Of a stretch of DNA of 64,000 nt, positions 1-8,956 are shown piece after piece. Position 1 is the first letter of the stretch. The number at the start of each line of letters is the position of its first letter. Source of the DNA: an uncultured Thermoplasmata archaeon (GTDB lineage: Archaea > Thermoplasmatota > Thermoplasmata > RBG-16-68-12); NCBI GenBank assembly GCA_963768855.1, contig CAVYJM010000017.1, forward strand, positions 64,001 to 128,000. Reading direction: 5' to 3'. The translations under genes were made by a program, and so were the position numbers. The notes under the pieces were generated by a model, which made no database searches, was not told the origin of the DNA, and saw only the letters and a list, made by a program, of their open reading frames with translations.

Positions 1-168
1 CGCCCCGTGGAGACGGCCCGCCTCTTCCTGTCCCTCCTCGGGATCATCTTCGCGATCGCGGGCATCCTCGTCGCGTGGACGTTCGACCGGCTCGCGGGCC
101 TCGCCGTCCTCGTGGTGGGCGCGTTCCTGCTCATCCTGCCGCTGATCACGTATCGCCCGGACGACTGA
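1..168 (+). CDS. Small hydrophobic membrane protein (possibly 5'-truncated by the window edge; GTG at 7)
   Basis: Frame +1 is open from base 1 to TGA 166-168 and reads RPVETARLFLSLLGIIFAIAGILVAWTFDRLAGLAVLVVGAFLLILPLITYRPDD, with two hydrophobic helices. Not in the ORF track; translated by hand. Confidence 0.6.
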   Translation, partial: RPVETARLFLSLLGIIFAIAGILVAWTFDRLAGLAVLVVGAFLLILPLITYRPDD

Positions 169-181
169 GGCAGCCGCACAG

Positions 182-188
182 TTTATTA
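182..188 (+). promoter_or_regulatory. Archaeal TATA box (TTTATTA) for the gene at 211
   Basis: An AT-rich heptamer in about 70% GC context, about 23 nt upstream of the GTG start. Confidence 0.5.
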
Positions 189-210
189 GCCTCTCGGGAT
201 TCGGAGCGGC

Positions 211-507
211 GTGTACCGCGTGTTCCGCATCCCATCCGCCCAGCTCGCCGTGATGGACGCCGTGTACCAGGACAACCTCGCGGGGCGGCAGAGCATCACC
301 GTGCGCGAGGCGCGCACCCTCGGCCTCAGCGGGGAGGGCAGCCTGGTGCTCGTGGAAGGAAGCAACGAGGGCGTCGCGCGCGCGGAGACCCTCCTGAAGG
401 ACGCTGCGAAGCCGCTCACGGGCGCGGACGCCGAGACCGCTTATCAGGCCTTCCGCGCGCAGGACGACGAGGCGGCCTCCGGGCTCGGGTTCGTGTTCGG
501 CGGCTAG
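211..507 (+). CDS. Conserved hypothetical archaeal protein, 98 aa
   Basis: Host-like codon usage, upstream TATA, and an acidic C-terminus ending ...DDEAASGLGFVFGG. Confidence 0.7.
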   Translation: MYRVFRIPSAQLAVMDAVYQDNLAGRQSITVREARTLGLSGEGSLVLVEGSNEGVARAETLLKDAAKPLTGADAETAYQAFRAQDDEAASGLGFVFGG

Positions 508-510
508 GAC

Positions 511-1017
511 TCAGGCGGGGAGCTCCGGGGACTCCGGGTTGAGCAGGTCCCCTCGGGGCAACGGATCGAGTTCCCGCTCGAGCCACGCCACGAGCCTCGG
601 GTTCGCGACCCGCGCGTCGACGAAGACGATGAGAGAGCCTCCATGGACCGAGACCTCGTCGTGGAGGTCGGCCAGGACGCGGAGGACCCGCTCGGGACCG
701 TTGTGGAGGACGAGATAGCCGACGCAGTCGAGGACGACCAGCCCGGAAGCGTCGCCCGCCACGAACCCGGCGACCGAGGTTCGGAGGTCGCCGAGGCGCT
801 TCGGATCGAGGCCCCCGCTCGTGCCGAGGGTCGTCAGCCGGAGGACCCGGCCTCCATTGGCCGGCGGTTCCATGGCCCGCTCCGTGACCCACAGGTAGGA
901 GCCGCGAGCCAGTGCGAGCTCATGCAGGAGCGCGACGGTTGCCTCTGCGGGGCCCAGGGCGACGTAGCCGAGCCCCCGCTCTAGCCGCGGGCCGATGTGT
1001 TCTCCCCCCTGATGCAC
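511..1017 (-). CDS. DUF835-domain protein (KaiC/RecA-like inactive ATPase fold)
   Basis: Motifs LWVTER and VVLDCVGYLVLHNGPERVLRVLADLHDEV...GSLIVFVD are characteristic of DUF835. Confidence 0.75.
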   Translation of the reverse strand: MHQGGEHIGPRLERGLGYVALGPAEATVALLHELALARGSYLWVTERAMEPPANGGRVLRLTTLGTSGGLDPKRLGDLRTSVAGFVAGDASGLVVLDCVGYLVLHNGPERVLRVLADLHDEVSVHGGSLIVFVDARVANPRLVAWLERELDPLPRGDLLNPESPELPA

Positions 1018-1096
1018 GGCAAAAGGGCTGAGAGACCATGCGGATGCGGCGACTTAAAGACCGTGGTCGGGCCGCCTTGAGCGCGACCTGGCCGCA

Positions 1097-1357
1097 TCAG
1101 AGGGACTTGATCTTGTCCGCCACGAACGCGCGGATCTCCGCGTCGTCGGGGATGGTCAGGGACCGCTTGAAGCGCTCCGTCTTGTCCGGCAGGTAGTACC
1201 CGCGGGAAACGGAGATGAACTCGTTCGTCCCCTCGGCCGTCGTCGCCCGCTTGCGGGCAATCTCGAGGAAGTTGTTCCGTCCGAAATTGATTTTCTCCGC
1301 CCGAATCGTCTCGAATTTCACGTCCGCGTTGCGTCTTCCTCTGTCTTCTTCTTCCAT
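1097..1357 (-). CDS. Small 86-aa hypothetical protein, possible PC4/Pur-like nucleic-acid-binding beta fold
   Basis: The realistic start is ATG 1357 (MEEEDRGRRNADVKFETIRAEKINFGRNNFLEIARKR...FISVSRGYY...RFKRSLTIP). An AT-rich promoter-like stretch lies at about 1421-1432. Confidence 0.65.
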   Translation of the reverse strand: MEEEDRGRRNADVKFETIRAEKINFGRNNFLEIARKRATTAEGTNEFISVSRGYYLPDKTERFKRSLTIPDDAEIRAFVADKIKSL

Positions 1358-1521
1358 TTCAGGTCCTCCGTGACCGAGGGCGCCCCGCCCGCGCGCGGGG
1401 AGGACGCGCGGAACGGTCGTATGAAATATAAACGTTCCCGGTCGTGCTCCGAGCGACGAGAATCGAAGCCCGCGGCCCCGGCGCGCGGCGCGAGTCCGGA
1501 TCCGAACGAATAGCCAATCCG

Positions 1522-1528
1522 TTAAATA
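1522..1528 (+). promoter_or_regulatory. TATA box (TTAAATA) for the gene at 1554
   Basis: Lies 26 nt upstream of ATG 1554. Confidence 0.55.
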
Positions 1529-1553
1529 GGGCCTTCCCATCGTATCGTCGCTC

Positions 1554-3635
1554 ATGGTCTGCCCCCGCTGCGGAGCGGCTTTTGACGGCAACTTCTGCCC
1601 GCGGTGCGGCACCCCGGCCGTGGCGCCGCCCTCTCCGCCCGCTCCGGCGTTCGGCGGTCCGTGCCCGCGGTGCGGCACGGTCTTCCAAGGCAACTACTGC
1701 CCCCGATGCGGCCTGCCCGCCGCGAGGAGCCCGTACCCGGCACCGATGATCCTGCGATCCCAGCCCGACGGGGTGCGCTCGACCCTCTCCGTCCTCTGGC
1801 TCCTCTCCCTCATCCTGTTCTTCATCTTCATCGCCCTGAACTTCGCCGGCCTGGTGCTGAGCCCCGCATACATCGTCCCCGGGATCCAAGGCATCGCGCC
1901 CGGGCAGAACGCGAACCAGGACCTGGCCTCGGGCACCGCGAACTGGACGTTCCAGGCCCTGGGGGCTCCGGGGGCCACGGGCACGTACAACGCGACCGGA
2001 GGGAACCCGGACGGCGCCCTCGAGATGAGCCTGCCCGCAGGCTCCGGGATCGGCGGGGAGTGGGTCCAACCAGTCCAGCTCCTCGGATCCGCGCCGTGGC
2101 TTGCGGAAGTCTACCTCGACTACCGCGTCGAGGCGCCGCCGTCGCTTAGCGGCCGGATCGTGGTGTCCGTTGAGCCGACGAGCTCCGGACTCGACCTGAA
2201 CCAGGCGGCCGCCGTGCTGTGGGTCAATGGGAGCTCCGCGTGGACGTCGACCGACCGGTTCGACGTGAGCGGCTCCATCAACGAATCCGGCACGTACTAC
2301 CTGAAGGTGGCCTACCTGGCCGCCTCCAGCAGCGGGACCACCATCGTGCAGTTTGACAACGTGCACATGGGTTGGACCACGGACGCCGCGGTGGTCCTCT
2401 ACCTCCCCCTGCCGCTGCCCGTCCTCCTCTTCGCCTGGCAGGACCAGGCCGGGTTCCTCGCATACTACGCGTTCATCGTCGTGGCGATCCTGGCCTCGGG
2501 CGCCTGGTACACGTGGCGGGACCGGAAGCTCACGAAGCAGGCGTTCACCGCGCCCCTCTACGCGATCGGCACGCGGCTGAGGAGCATGTCCGGCTGGGTC
2601 GCCGTCGCGCAGGTGTGGCTCGCGACCATCTTCTTCCAGTACGCCCTGATCGTGATCCTCGAGCTCGTGGGCGCTCCGCCCTCCTCGCCCTTCATCCCGA
2701 CGCCGACGAACGCCTGGGTCCTGCTCTTCGACTATTCGTCCGCATCGGTCTTCGAGGAAATTGCCTTCCGCGCCTTCCTGATCGGCATCCCCATGGCCGT
2801 GGCGGCCCTCGCCCTCGGCTGGGCTCGCCCGCGGAACACGCCCTCCCCGGGCACCCCCGGCGCGCCTCGGAGGAACGTCCTCGGCGGGCTCCGGTATCTC
2901 TGGGGCGGACAGCTGCGGAAGGAGTCGCCCCGCGAGGCGCAGCTCCTCGCCTGGACCCTCGTCTTCGTGAGCGCGTTCCTGTTCGGCCTCGCGCACGCTC
3001 CGGGCTGGGGATGGTGGAAGGTGCTCCCCGCGTTCGTCGTCGGGCTCGGCATGGGCTACGCGTTCGTCCGGCACGGGCTCGGTGCCGCGATCCTCGTTCA
3101 CTTCGCCACGGATGGCTCCCTCGCGCTTTCCCTCGAGGGGGTCGGCGGATTCGGAGTCGCCCTCCTCTCCGACCTGCTCTTCCTGGGCCTCGCGATCGCG
3201 GGCTCGGGCTTCTTCGCCTGGTACATCCTGTACGGCTGGCAGGAGCTCCGGGACCTCCGTGCGCGGTTCTCATCCCGCGTCGTCCGCCAGCCGGTCGGTG
3301 GGGGACCGGGTCCGGGAAGCCCGCCGCCCGGATGGGCATATCCTCCCGGAGGAGCGAGCGTCTCCTACTCGGTCCCGCCCACGACCCCCGTCCCGCCCCC
3401 GGGGCCGCCGCCTCCCGGCAGCTACGCGCCGCCCGCCCCGGGATGGCCGCCACCGCCCCCGGTCGTCGCGGCGTCCCGCAACCCGAACCGGCTCCCGCAG
3501 GGCTACGCCCCGACGTATCATCCGGCGCCGTACGGGTACCCGCCCGTGCGGTTCCAGTGCCCCGCCTGCGGCTGGGTCGAGGCGAAGTATGAGAACCGCC
3601 GCTTCACGTGCCTTCGGTGTGGCCGGACGGCTTGA
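1554..3635 (+). CDS. CPBP (CAAX protease/Abi-like) intramembrane metalloprotease with double zinc ribbon, extracellular beta-domain and Pro-rich zinc-ribbon tail
   Basis: EEIAFR, FGLAH and HFATD CPBP motifs. N-terminal CxxC pairs repeated twice (CPRCG..FCPRCG), multiple TM helices, and a C-terminal CPACG...CLRCG. Confidence 0.8.
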   Translation: MVCPRCGAAFDGNFCPRCGTPAVAPPSPPAPAFGGPCPRCGTVFQGNYCPRCGLPAARSPYPAPMILRSQPDGVRSTLSVLWLLSLILFFIFIALNFAGLVLSPAYIVPGIQGIAPGQNANQDLASGTANWTFQALGAPGATGTYNATGGNPDGALEMSLPAGSGIGGEWVQPVQLLGSAPWLAEVYLDYRVEAPPSLSGRIVVSVEPTSSGLDLNQAAAVLWVNGSSAWTSTDRFDVSGSINESGTYYLKVAYLAASSSGTTIVQFDNVHMGWTTDAAVVLYLPLPLPVLLFAWQDQAGFLAYYAFIVVAILASGAWYTWRDRKLTKQAFTAPLYAIGTRLRSMSGWVAVAQVWLATIFFQYALIVILELVGAPPSSPFIPTPTNAWVLLFDYSSASVFEEIAFRAFLIGIPMAVAALALGWARPRNTPSPGTPGAPRRNVLGGLRYLWGGQLRKESPREAQLLAWTLVFVSAFLFGLAHAPGWGWWKVLPAFVVGLGMGYAFVRHGLGAAILVHFATDGSLALSLEGVGGFGVALLSDLLFLGLAIAGSGFFAWYILYGWQELRDLRARFSSRVVRQPVGGGPGPGSPPPGWAYPPGGASVSYSVPPTTPVPPPGPPPPGSYAPPAPGWPPPPPVVAASRNPNRLPQGYAPTYHPAPYGYPPVRFQCPACGWVEAKYENRRFTCLRCGRTA

Positions 3636-4008
3636 CGGGCGGATGGACCGTGCTCTCCGCGACGTCATCGAGGACCGCGGTGAGGTCGTCCGACTCGATC
3701 TCGACTTCGATGTCCCCCAGGGGGGACCCCGCGGCGAAGTTGACCACACCCATGAACGCGGCCTGTTTGCTGAGCGCGACCCGCGTCCGCTCCCGGAACC
3801 GCCCCGCGAAGAACTGGCCGCGCGCCGTGTCCCGAATCCTCTGGTTGCGGATGAGTTCGCGGAGTTTCTCCAGGGAGGCGGTCGTCCCGACGACGCGATC
3901 GTCCTCGCGCTCGAACACGAGATCCGGGAAGAGCCGAAGGAGCGCGAGCTCCACCTTCGCGACGCTCTCCGTCGGATGGCAGGCCGCCTCGACGCGGACG
4001 CGCAGCAC
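3604..4008 (-). CDS. DUF54/UPF0201 family putative RNA-binding protein
   Basis: GTG 4008 gives MLRVRVEAACHPTESVAKVELALLRLFP...LRELIRNQRIRDTAR...LSKQAAFMGVVNF, the typical archaeal DUF54 pattern. Confidence 0.8.
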   Translation of the reverse strand: MLRVRVEAACHPTESVAKVELALLRLFPDLVFEREDDRVVGTTASLEKLRELIRNQRIRDTARGQFFAGRFRERTRVALSKQAAFMGVVNFAAGSPLGDIEVEIESDDLTAVLDDVAESTVHPPVKPSGHTEGT

Positions 4009-4090
4009 GCATCCCCATTCGCCGCATCGGCTATAATTTTCGTGACGGGTCAGCGGTTCGCGACGAACGTTATTTATCCGAGCCGACCTA

Positions 4091-5608
4091 ATGGGCAGGC
4101 GGATGCGGGAAGAGCTTTTGGCGCTCGTGAGCAGGCGAGGCACGTTGCTCGAGCCCGCCGCCGTGGAGTACCTCCTGACCCAGGAGGACCCGATGGGGCC
4201 GCTCGACCGGTTCCTGGCCTCCTGCCGTGAGGTCCCGTTCGTCGTCACCCTCCACGATGTCGTCCAGGCGGCCGAAATCGGTCGGAGCGCGGCGGTCCGC
4301 ACGAGGCCCGTCGAGGCCCTCCGCGCCTCGCCCCCGCCTTCGCTGACCGCCCTCGTGTCGCGCGTCCCGCCTCCGGCCTCCTTCCGGCGCGAGAGCGAGG
4401 CGGCCGCCGATCATGCGCCGGACGTGACGATCCTTCGCGACATCACGGGACGGTCCACGTGCGAGGGCACCATCGAGGACTTCACCCGGTACTTCCGCAA
4501 TCGCTTCGAGACCCTGACCCGCATGCTCCGCAGCCGTCGGGAGCTCGGAGGCGCCCAGGACATCTCGAGGGCGCGCCGCTCGACGCGCGAGGTGCGCTTC
4601 CTCGGGATGATCTCCGACATCCGCCCGACGAAGAGCGGCCACCGGATCCTGGAGCTCGAGGACGCCACGGACCGGATCTCCGCGCTCGTGCTCTCGAACT
4701 CTCCGCCCGCGGCGGAGACCTTCGTCATGGACGAGGTCGTCGGGGTCGTGGGCAAGGTGAACGACCGCGGCCTCGTCATCGCGGAATCGATCGTCCGCCC
4801 GGATGTGCCGGTCGCGAAGACGTTCCCCGGGATCGGCGAGCACCTCCGGGCCGCCTTCGTCTCCGACATCCACGTGGGCAGCACGACGTTCCTGGACGAG
4901 AAGTGGTCCAAGATGGCGGCCTGGCTCTCCAGCGACGACGAGATCGCCCGCTCCCTTCGATACCTTGTCGTGAGCGGGGACGTCGTGGACGGCATCGGCG
5001 TGTACCCGCGGCAGGACGAGGAACTCTCCATCGACGACATCTACGCCCAGTACGAGGCGCTCGCCCGGATGATGGCCGCGCTCCCGGACCACCTGACCGC
5101 CGTCATGATCCCCGGGAACCACGACGCCGTCCGGCCCGCGGAGCCCCAGCCGGCCCTGCCCGCGCCGATCCAGAAGCTCTTCGACTCGAACCTCATCTTC
5201 GCGGGGAACCCGAGCGTCGTGAGCCTCCACGGCATCAAGGTCCTCGCCTACCACGGGCGGTCTATGGATGACTTCGTGTCGACGATCCCCGGGATGAACT
5301 ACCATCGACCCCTCGACATGATGAAGGACATGCTCAAGATGCGCCATCTCGCCCCGATCTACGGCGGCAAGACGCCCATCGCCCCCGAGGCGGAGGACCA
5401 TCTCATCATCGACCCGGTGCCGGACATCTTCGCGACCGGGCACGTGCACAGCGTCGGGGTCGACACGTACCGCGGCGTCGTGCTCGTGAACTCCTCGACG
5501 TGGCAGGCGCAGACCCCGTACCAGAAAATGCGGAACATCGAGCCGCTGCCCGCGCGGCTCCCGATCGTCGATTTGGCGACGGGGCAGGCCGTCATCAAGG
5601 AATTCTGA
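4091..5608 (+). CDS. polB: DNA polymerase II (PolD) small subunit DP1, 3'-5' exonuclease (alternative start ATG 4103)
   Basis: OB fold followed by calcineurin-like motifs SDIHVGS, GDVVDGIGVYPRQ, PGNHD, YHGRS, HLAPIYGG and GHVH. Confidence 0.95.
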   Translation: MGRRMREELLALVSRRGTLLEPAAVEYLLTQEDPMGPLDRFLASCREVPFVVTLHDVVQAAEIGRSAAVRTRPVEALRASPPPSLTALVSRVPPPASFRRESEAAADHAPDVTILRDITGRSTCEGTIEDFTRYFRNRFETLTRMLRSRRELGGAQDISRARRSTREVRFLGMISDIRPTKSGHRILELEDATDRISALVLSNSPPAAETFVMDEVVGVVGKVNDRGLVIAESIVRPDVPVAKTFPGIGEHLRAAFVSDIHVGSTTFLDEKWSKMAAWLSSDDEIARSLRYLVVSGDVVDGIGVYPRQDEELSIDDIYAQYEALARMMAALPDHLTAVMIPGNHDAVRPAEPQPALPAPIQKLFDSNLIFAGNPSVVSLHGIKVLAYHGRSMDDFVSTIPGMNYHRPLDMMKDMLKMRHLAPIYGGKTPIAPEAEDHLIIDPVPDIFATGHVHSVGVDTYRGVVLVNSSTWQAQTPYQKMRNIEPLPARLPIVDLATGQAVIKEF

Positions 5609-5638
5609 GGCTCGGGAAGGTTCATCGCCCGCGCCGCC

Positions 5639-6367
5639 ATGCGACGCCCGATGCGGATCGCGGCGGTCGGGGACATCCACGGCCACGAGAACCTGGACGC
5701 CCTTCGCCGCGACCTGGAAGGACTGGCTCCTGTCGACCTGCTCCTCCTGGCGGGCGACACGACGGAGAGGAACGACCTCGAGGCATTCGGCGAGGCCCTC
5801 GAGGCCATCCGCGCCCGGGTCGAGGCACCGATCTGGGCCGTGTTCGGGAACAACGAATACGACCATGACCACCCGACCTACGTGGCGCGGTACGCGGCCC
5901 GCCACCGCGTGCGCTTCCTCGAGGACGAATCGGCGGTCTTCGTCTCCGGGGGAAAGGAGGTCCGCATCGTCGGGAGTCGCGGCAGCCTGGACCGGCCGAC
6001 CTACTGGCAGAGGAAGAACCTCCCGCATCTCGACGGGGAGTACCGGAGGCGGGTCGAGACCCTCGATCGCCTCCTGGCGGGCGAGGGATTCCGGATCCTC
6101 CTGACGCACTACCCGCCCACGTACGCCACGATGGGGGGCGAGAAGGAGGCCTGGCGCCCCGAGCTCGGATGCAGGGCCCTGGAGCCCGTGCTCCTCCGTC
6201 GGCGGCCGACCCTGGTCGTCCACGGGCACATCCACAAGGGAATCCCGTACGCGGAGCTCCGGCCCCCGGGGCGCACCCTCGAGGCGTACTCGGACCCTGC
6301 CGCCCCCATCCCCGTCCACAACGTGGCCTATCCGGTCCGGAAGTCGATCACCGTGCTCGAGCTCTAG
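5639..6367 (+). CDS. Metallophosphoesterase (calcineurin-like)
   Basis: GDIHG, AGDTT, GNNE, THYPP and HGHIH motifs. Confidence 0.85.
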   Translation: MRRPMRIAAVGDIHGHENLDALRRDLEGLAPVDLLLLAGDTTERNDLEAFGEALEAIRARVEAPIWAVFGNNEYDHDHPTYVARYAARHRVRFLEDESAVFVSGGKEVRIVGSRGSLDRPTYWQRKNLPHLDGEYRRRVETLDRLLAGEGFRILLTHYPPTYATMGGEKEAWRPELGCRALEPVLLRRRPTLVVHGHIHKGIPYAELRPPGRTLEAYSDPAAPIPVHNVAYPVRKSITVLEL

Positions 6368-6417
6368 CCTCGTCCCACACGACCTTTATACGAGGGAGGG
6401 TGTTGGGGCGCGCACCC

Positions 6418-7428
6418 ATGGCGCCGGACCGCCCGTCCCCGAAGAAACCCCGGAAGCCCGGGGCGAAGGGCAAGGAGAAGGAAGACGGGTGGAAGTCCTG
6501 GGTGCGGGACCTGGGGATCGCCGCGCTGATCATGGTGGTGATCCTCGCGGGGATCTACGCGTACACCCAGGTGTGGCCCCCGCTCGTCGTGGTCGAGAGC
6601 TCCTCGATGCAGCACAGCGGCACGACGTCCTACATCGGCACGATCGACACGGGAGACCTCGTGTTCGTGCAGGCCGCCCCGACCCGCGCGGACGTGATCA
6701 CCTACCTCCAGGGACGGGCGAGCGGCTACTCGACGTACGGCGACTACGGGGACGTGATCATCTTCCGGCTGTACTACCGCCCCGGGGAGACGCCGATCAT
6801 CCACCGCGCGATCATGTACGTGATCCCGAACGGCTCCTACGTGGATGTCCCGGACCTGAGCCTCCTCCCTCCGGCGGAGTGGGAAGGGAGGGCGGCGGGC
6901 GGGGTGCCGACGCACGTGCCGTACGGACTGGAGTCCGTCTGGGTCAACCACATGGGGTTCGACCACAACCTGAACATCAGCTTCGACTTCACGGACCAGA
7001 GCCTCCGCGGCGTCCTCGGTCGGGGACCCGGGTACCTCACGATGGGCGACCACAACGCGCCCGGGTACGACAAGACGTGGTTCCCGACGCAGGGGGACAT
7101 CATCGGCCATGCGCGCGGGGAGATCCCGTGGTTCGGTCTCATCAAGCTCCTCCTCACGCCGACCGGGAATTGCGCCCAACGCTGGGGCGACCCCTGTGCG
7201 CCGCAGAACAGCTGGGACAGCCTCGCGCTCGGCCTCGTGTTCCTCGTCGCGCTCCCGTTCATCCTGGAGGCGGTCGGCTGGGCCTGGGGCAAGTATGCCT
7301 GGCCGAGGATCCGGCCCCTGCTCCGACGGAAGCGGGATTCCGAAGGCAAGGAGGCCGAGGTGCCGCCCACGTCCCCGGAGGACGAGAAGCCCGCGGACGA
7401 GCCTAGAGAAGGGTCGTCTGGACCTTGA
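6418..7428 (+). CDS. Signal peptidase I, archaeal Sec11/S26 type
   Basis: ATG 6418 follows TATA CTTTATA at 6384-6390. TM anchor, then VVVESSSMQH (catalytic Ser), GDVIIF, PIIHRA, TMGDHN and IIGHARGEIPWFG. Confidence 0.9.
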   Translation: MAPDRPSPKKPRKPGAKGKEKEDGWKSWVRDLGIAALIMVVILAGIYAYTQVWPPLVVVESSSMQHSGTTSYIGTIDTGDLVFVQAAPTRADVITYLQGRASGYSTYGDYGDVIIFRLYYRPGETPIIHRAIMYVIPNGSYVDVPDLSLLPPAEWEGRAAGGVPTHVPYGLESVWVNHMGFDHNLNISFDFTDQSLRGVLGRGPGYLTMGDHNAPGYDKTWFPTQGDIIGHARGEIPWFGLIKLLLTPTGNCAQRWGDPCAPQNSWDSLALGLVFLVALPFILEAVGWAWGKYAWPRIRPLLRRKRDSEGKEAEVPPTSPEDEKPADEPREGSSGP

Positions 7429-8635
7429 GACGGTAGCCGCGTGCCTCCGCGAGGACGTCGTCCTTCTCAAGGACCTTCTTCACGTCGAGGATGGGCACGG
7501 ACGCCTGGATCTCCTTCGTGCGGCCGGCACGGCCGAAGCTCTTCACCCGCGCGTGGACGAGGCCGAGCATGTCGAGCTCGGAGATGAGGTCCGTGACCCG
7601 CCGCTGGGTCAGGGGCGTCACCCCGGTCTTCCGGCACAGCTCGCGGTAGGTCGTGTAGACCTCGCCCGTAGTGAGCTTCGTGTTCCCGATCTCCTCGTTG
7701 AGGAGGACGCAGAGCAGGATGAGCTTGGACTGGGTCGGAAGGCTCTTGACCGCCTCGAGGACCGTATCGAGCTCAATCTTGCTCTTCGCCTTCTGCACGT
7801 GCTCGTCGGCGAGGTGGTCGTCCCCCTGGCGCTCCGCGAGCTCCGCGGAGACGCGGAGCAAGTCCAGGGCGCGGCGCGCGTCTCCGTGCTCCGAGGCCGC
7901 GAGGGCCGCGATGAGATGCAGGACGGAGTCCGGCGCGGTCCCGTTGTCGAAGGCGAGGTGCGCCCGCTCCGCCAGGATGTCGTACAGCTCGTCGGCGTTG
8001 TAGGGAGGGAACACGACCTTCTCGTCCGCGAGGCGCGACTTCACGCGCGGATCGAGGAACTCCGTGAACTTGAGGTCATTCGAGATCCCGATGAGCGAGA
8101 CCCGGGCCTTCGTCAGGTCGTCGTTGATCTTCAGGAGCTGGTAGAGCAGGTCGTCCCCGTTCTTCGAGATGATCTTGTCGATCTCGTCCAGGACGATGAT
8201 CACGACGCGGCGCTCCTCGTCCAGCTTCTCCCTCAGCAGGCTGTACACCCGGTCTGTGGACAGGCCCGTGAAGGGGATCCGCTGGTGGAAGTTCTCGATG
8301 AAGCGGTTCCCGATGCTCTGCAGGACGGCGTACGGCGTGTCGACGATCTCGCAGTTCAGGTACAGGTACGAGACCGTCCGGGCCGCGTCGGCCTTCCGGA
8401 ACTCGTTCTCGATGTACTTGACGACTGCCGTCTTCCCGGTCCCGGTCTTCCCGAAGATCAGGATGTTGCTGGGTCTCTCCCCCCGCAGGGCCGTCGCGAG
8501 GATCTGGGCGAGCTGGTCGATGTAGCCCTCTCGATGCGGAAGACGCTCCGGGATGTAGGCGGGACGCAGGATCTCCCGGTCCATCTTGAAGAGACTCTTG
8601 GTGCTCAGGTACGGTTGGAAGATGCTTTCCTCCAT
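7403..8635 (-). CDS. cdc6: Orc1/Cdc6 replication initiator
   Basis: Walker A GKTGTGKT, Walker B IVLDEID, RVKSRL, GDARRALDLL and a C-terminal winged helix (ISELDMLGLV...GRTKEI). Confidence 0.95.
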   Translation of the reverse strand: MEESIFQPYLSTKSLFKMDREILRPAYIPERLPHREGYIDQLAQILATALRGERPSNILIFGKTGTGKTAVVKYIENEFRKADAARTVSYLYLNCEIVDTPYAVLQSIGNRFIENFHQRIPFTGLSTDRVYSLLREKLDEERRVVIIVLDEIDKIISKNGDDLLYQLLKINDDLTKARVSLIGISNDLKFTEFLDPRVKSRLADEKVVFPPYNADELYDILAERAHLAFDNGTAPDSVLHLIAALAASEHGDARRALDLLRVSAELAERQGDDHLADEHVQKAKSKIELDTVLEAVKSLPTQSKLILLCVLLNEEIGNTKLTTGEVYTTYRELCRKTGVTPLTQRRVTDLISELDMLGLVHARVKSFGRAGRTKEIQASVPILDVKKVLEKDDVLAEARGYRLKVQTTLL

Positions 8636-8757
8636 GGACTCGCTCCCCCTTGCAGCGAGAATGGGACCCCGCTTCCCGGAGAAGGACGACGCGCGGACGC
8701 GTTTCTCCCAGGGTGGGAGGCAGGTATCCAGCGGCTCACAGATATAGGTTTGCGAAC

Positions 8758-8790
8758 GGCTCGCGCGACTTTCGTCGCGCGACGAGAGCC
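8758..8790. repeat. Inverted repeat/hairpin upstream of cdc6
   Basis: TCGCGCGAC (8761-8769), loop TTTC, GTCGCGCGA (8774-8782): a perfect 9-bp stem, extendable with GGC/GCC. Confidence 0.6.
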
Positions 8791-8956
8791 TGATTTTTAT
8801 TCAGCTCCTCGTATGATAGGAACGGTCGAAACGACGTGCAAAGTTCAACCTCGACGCGACACGACATCGCGGCGGGCGAAGGCTGCGTCACAGCTACACG
8901 ACCACGGCGGCTGGAACTCGAACGGACAACCGACTTGGACCGCAGCGGGTCCCGGG

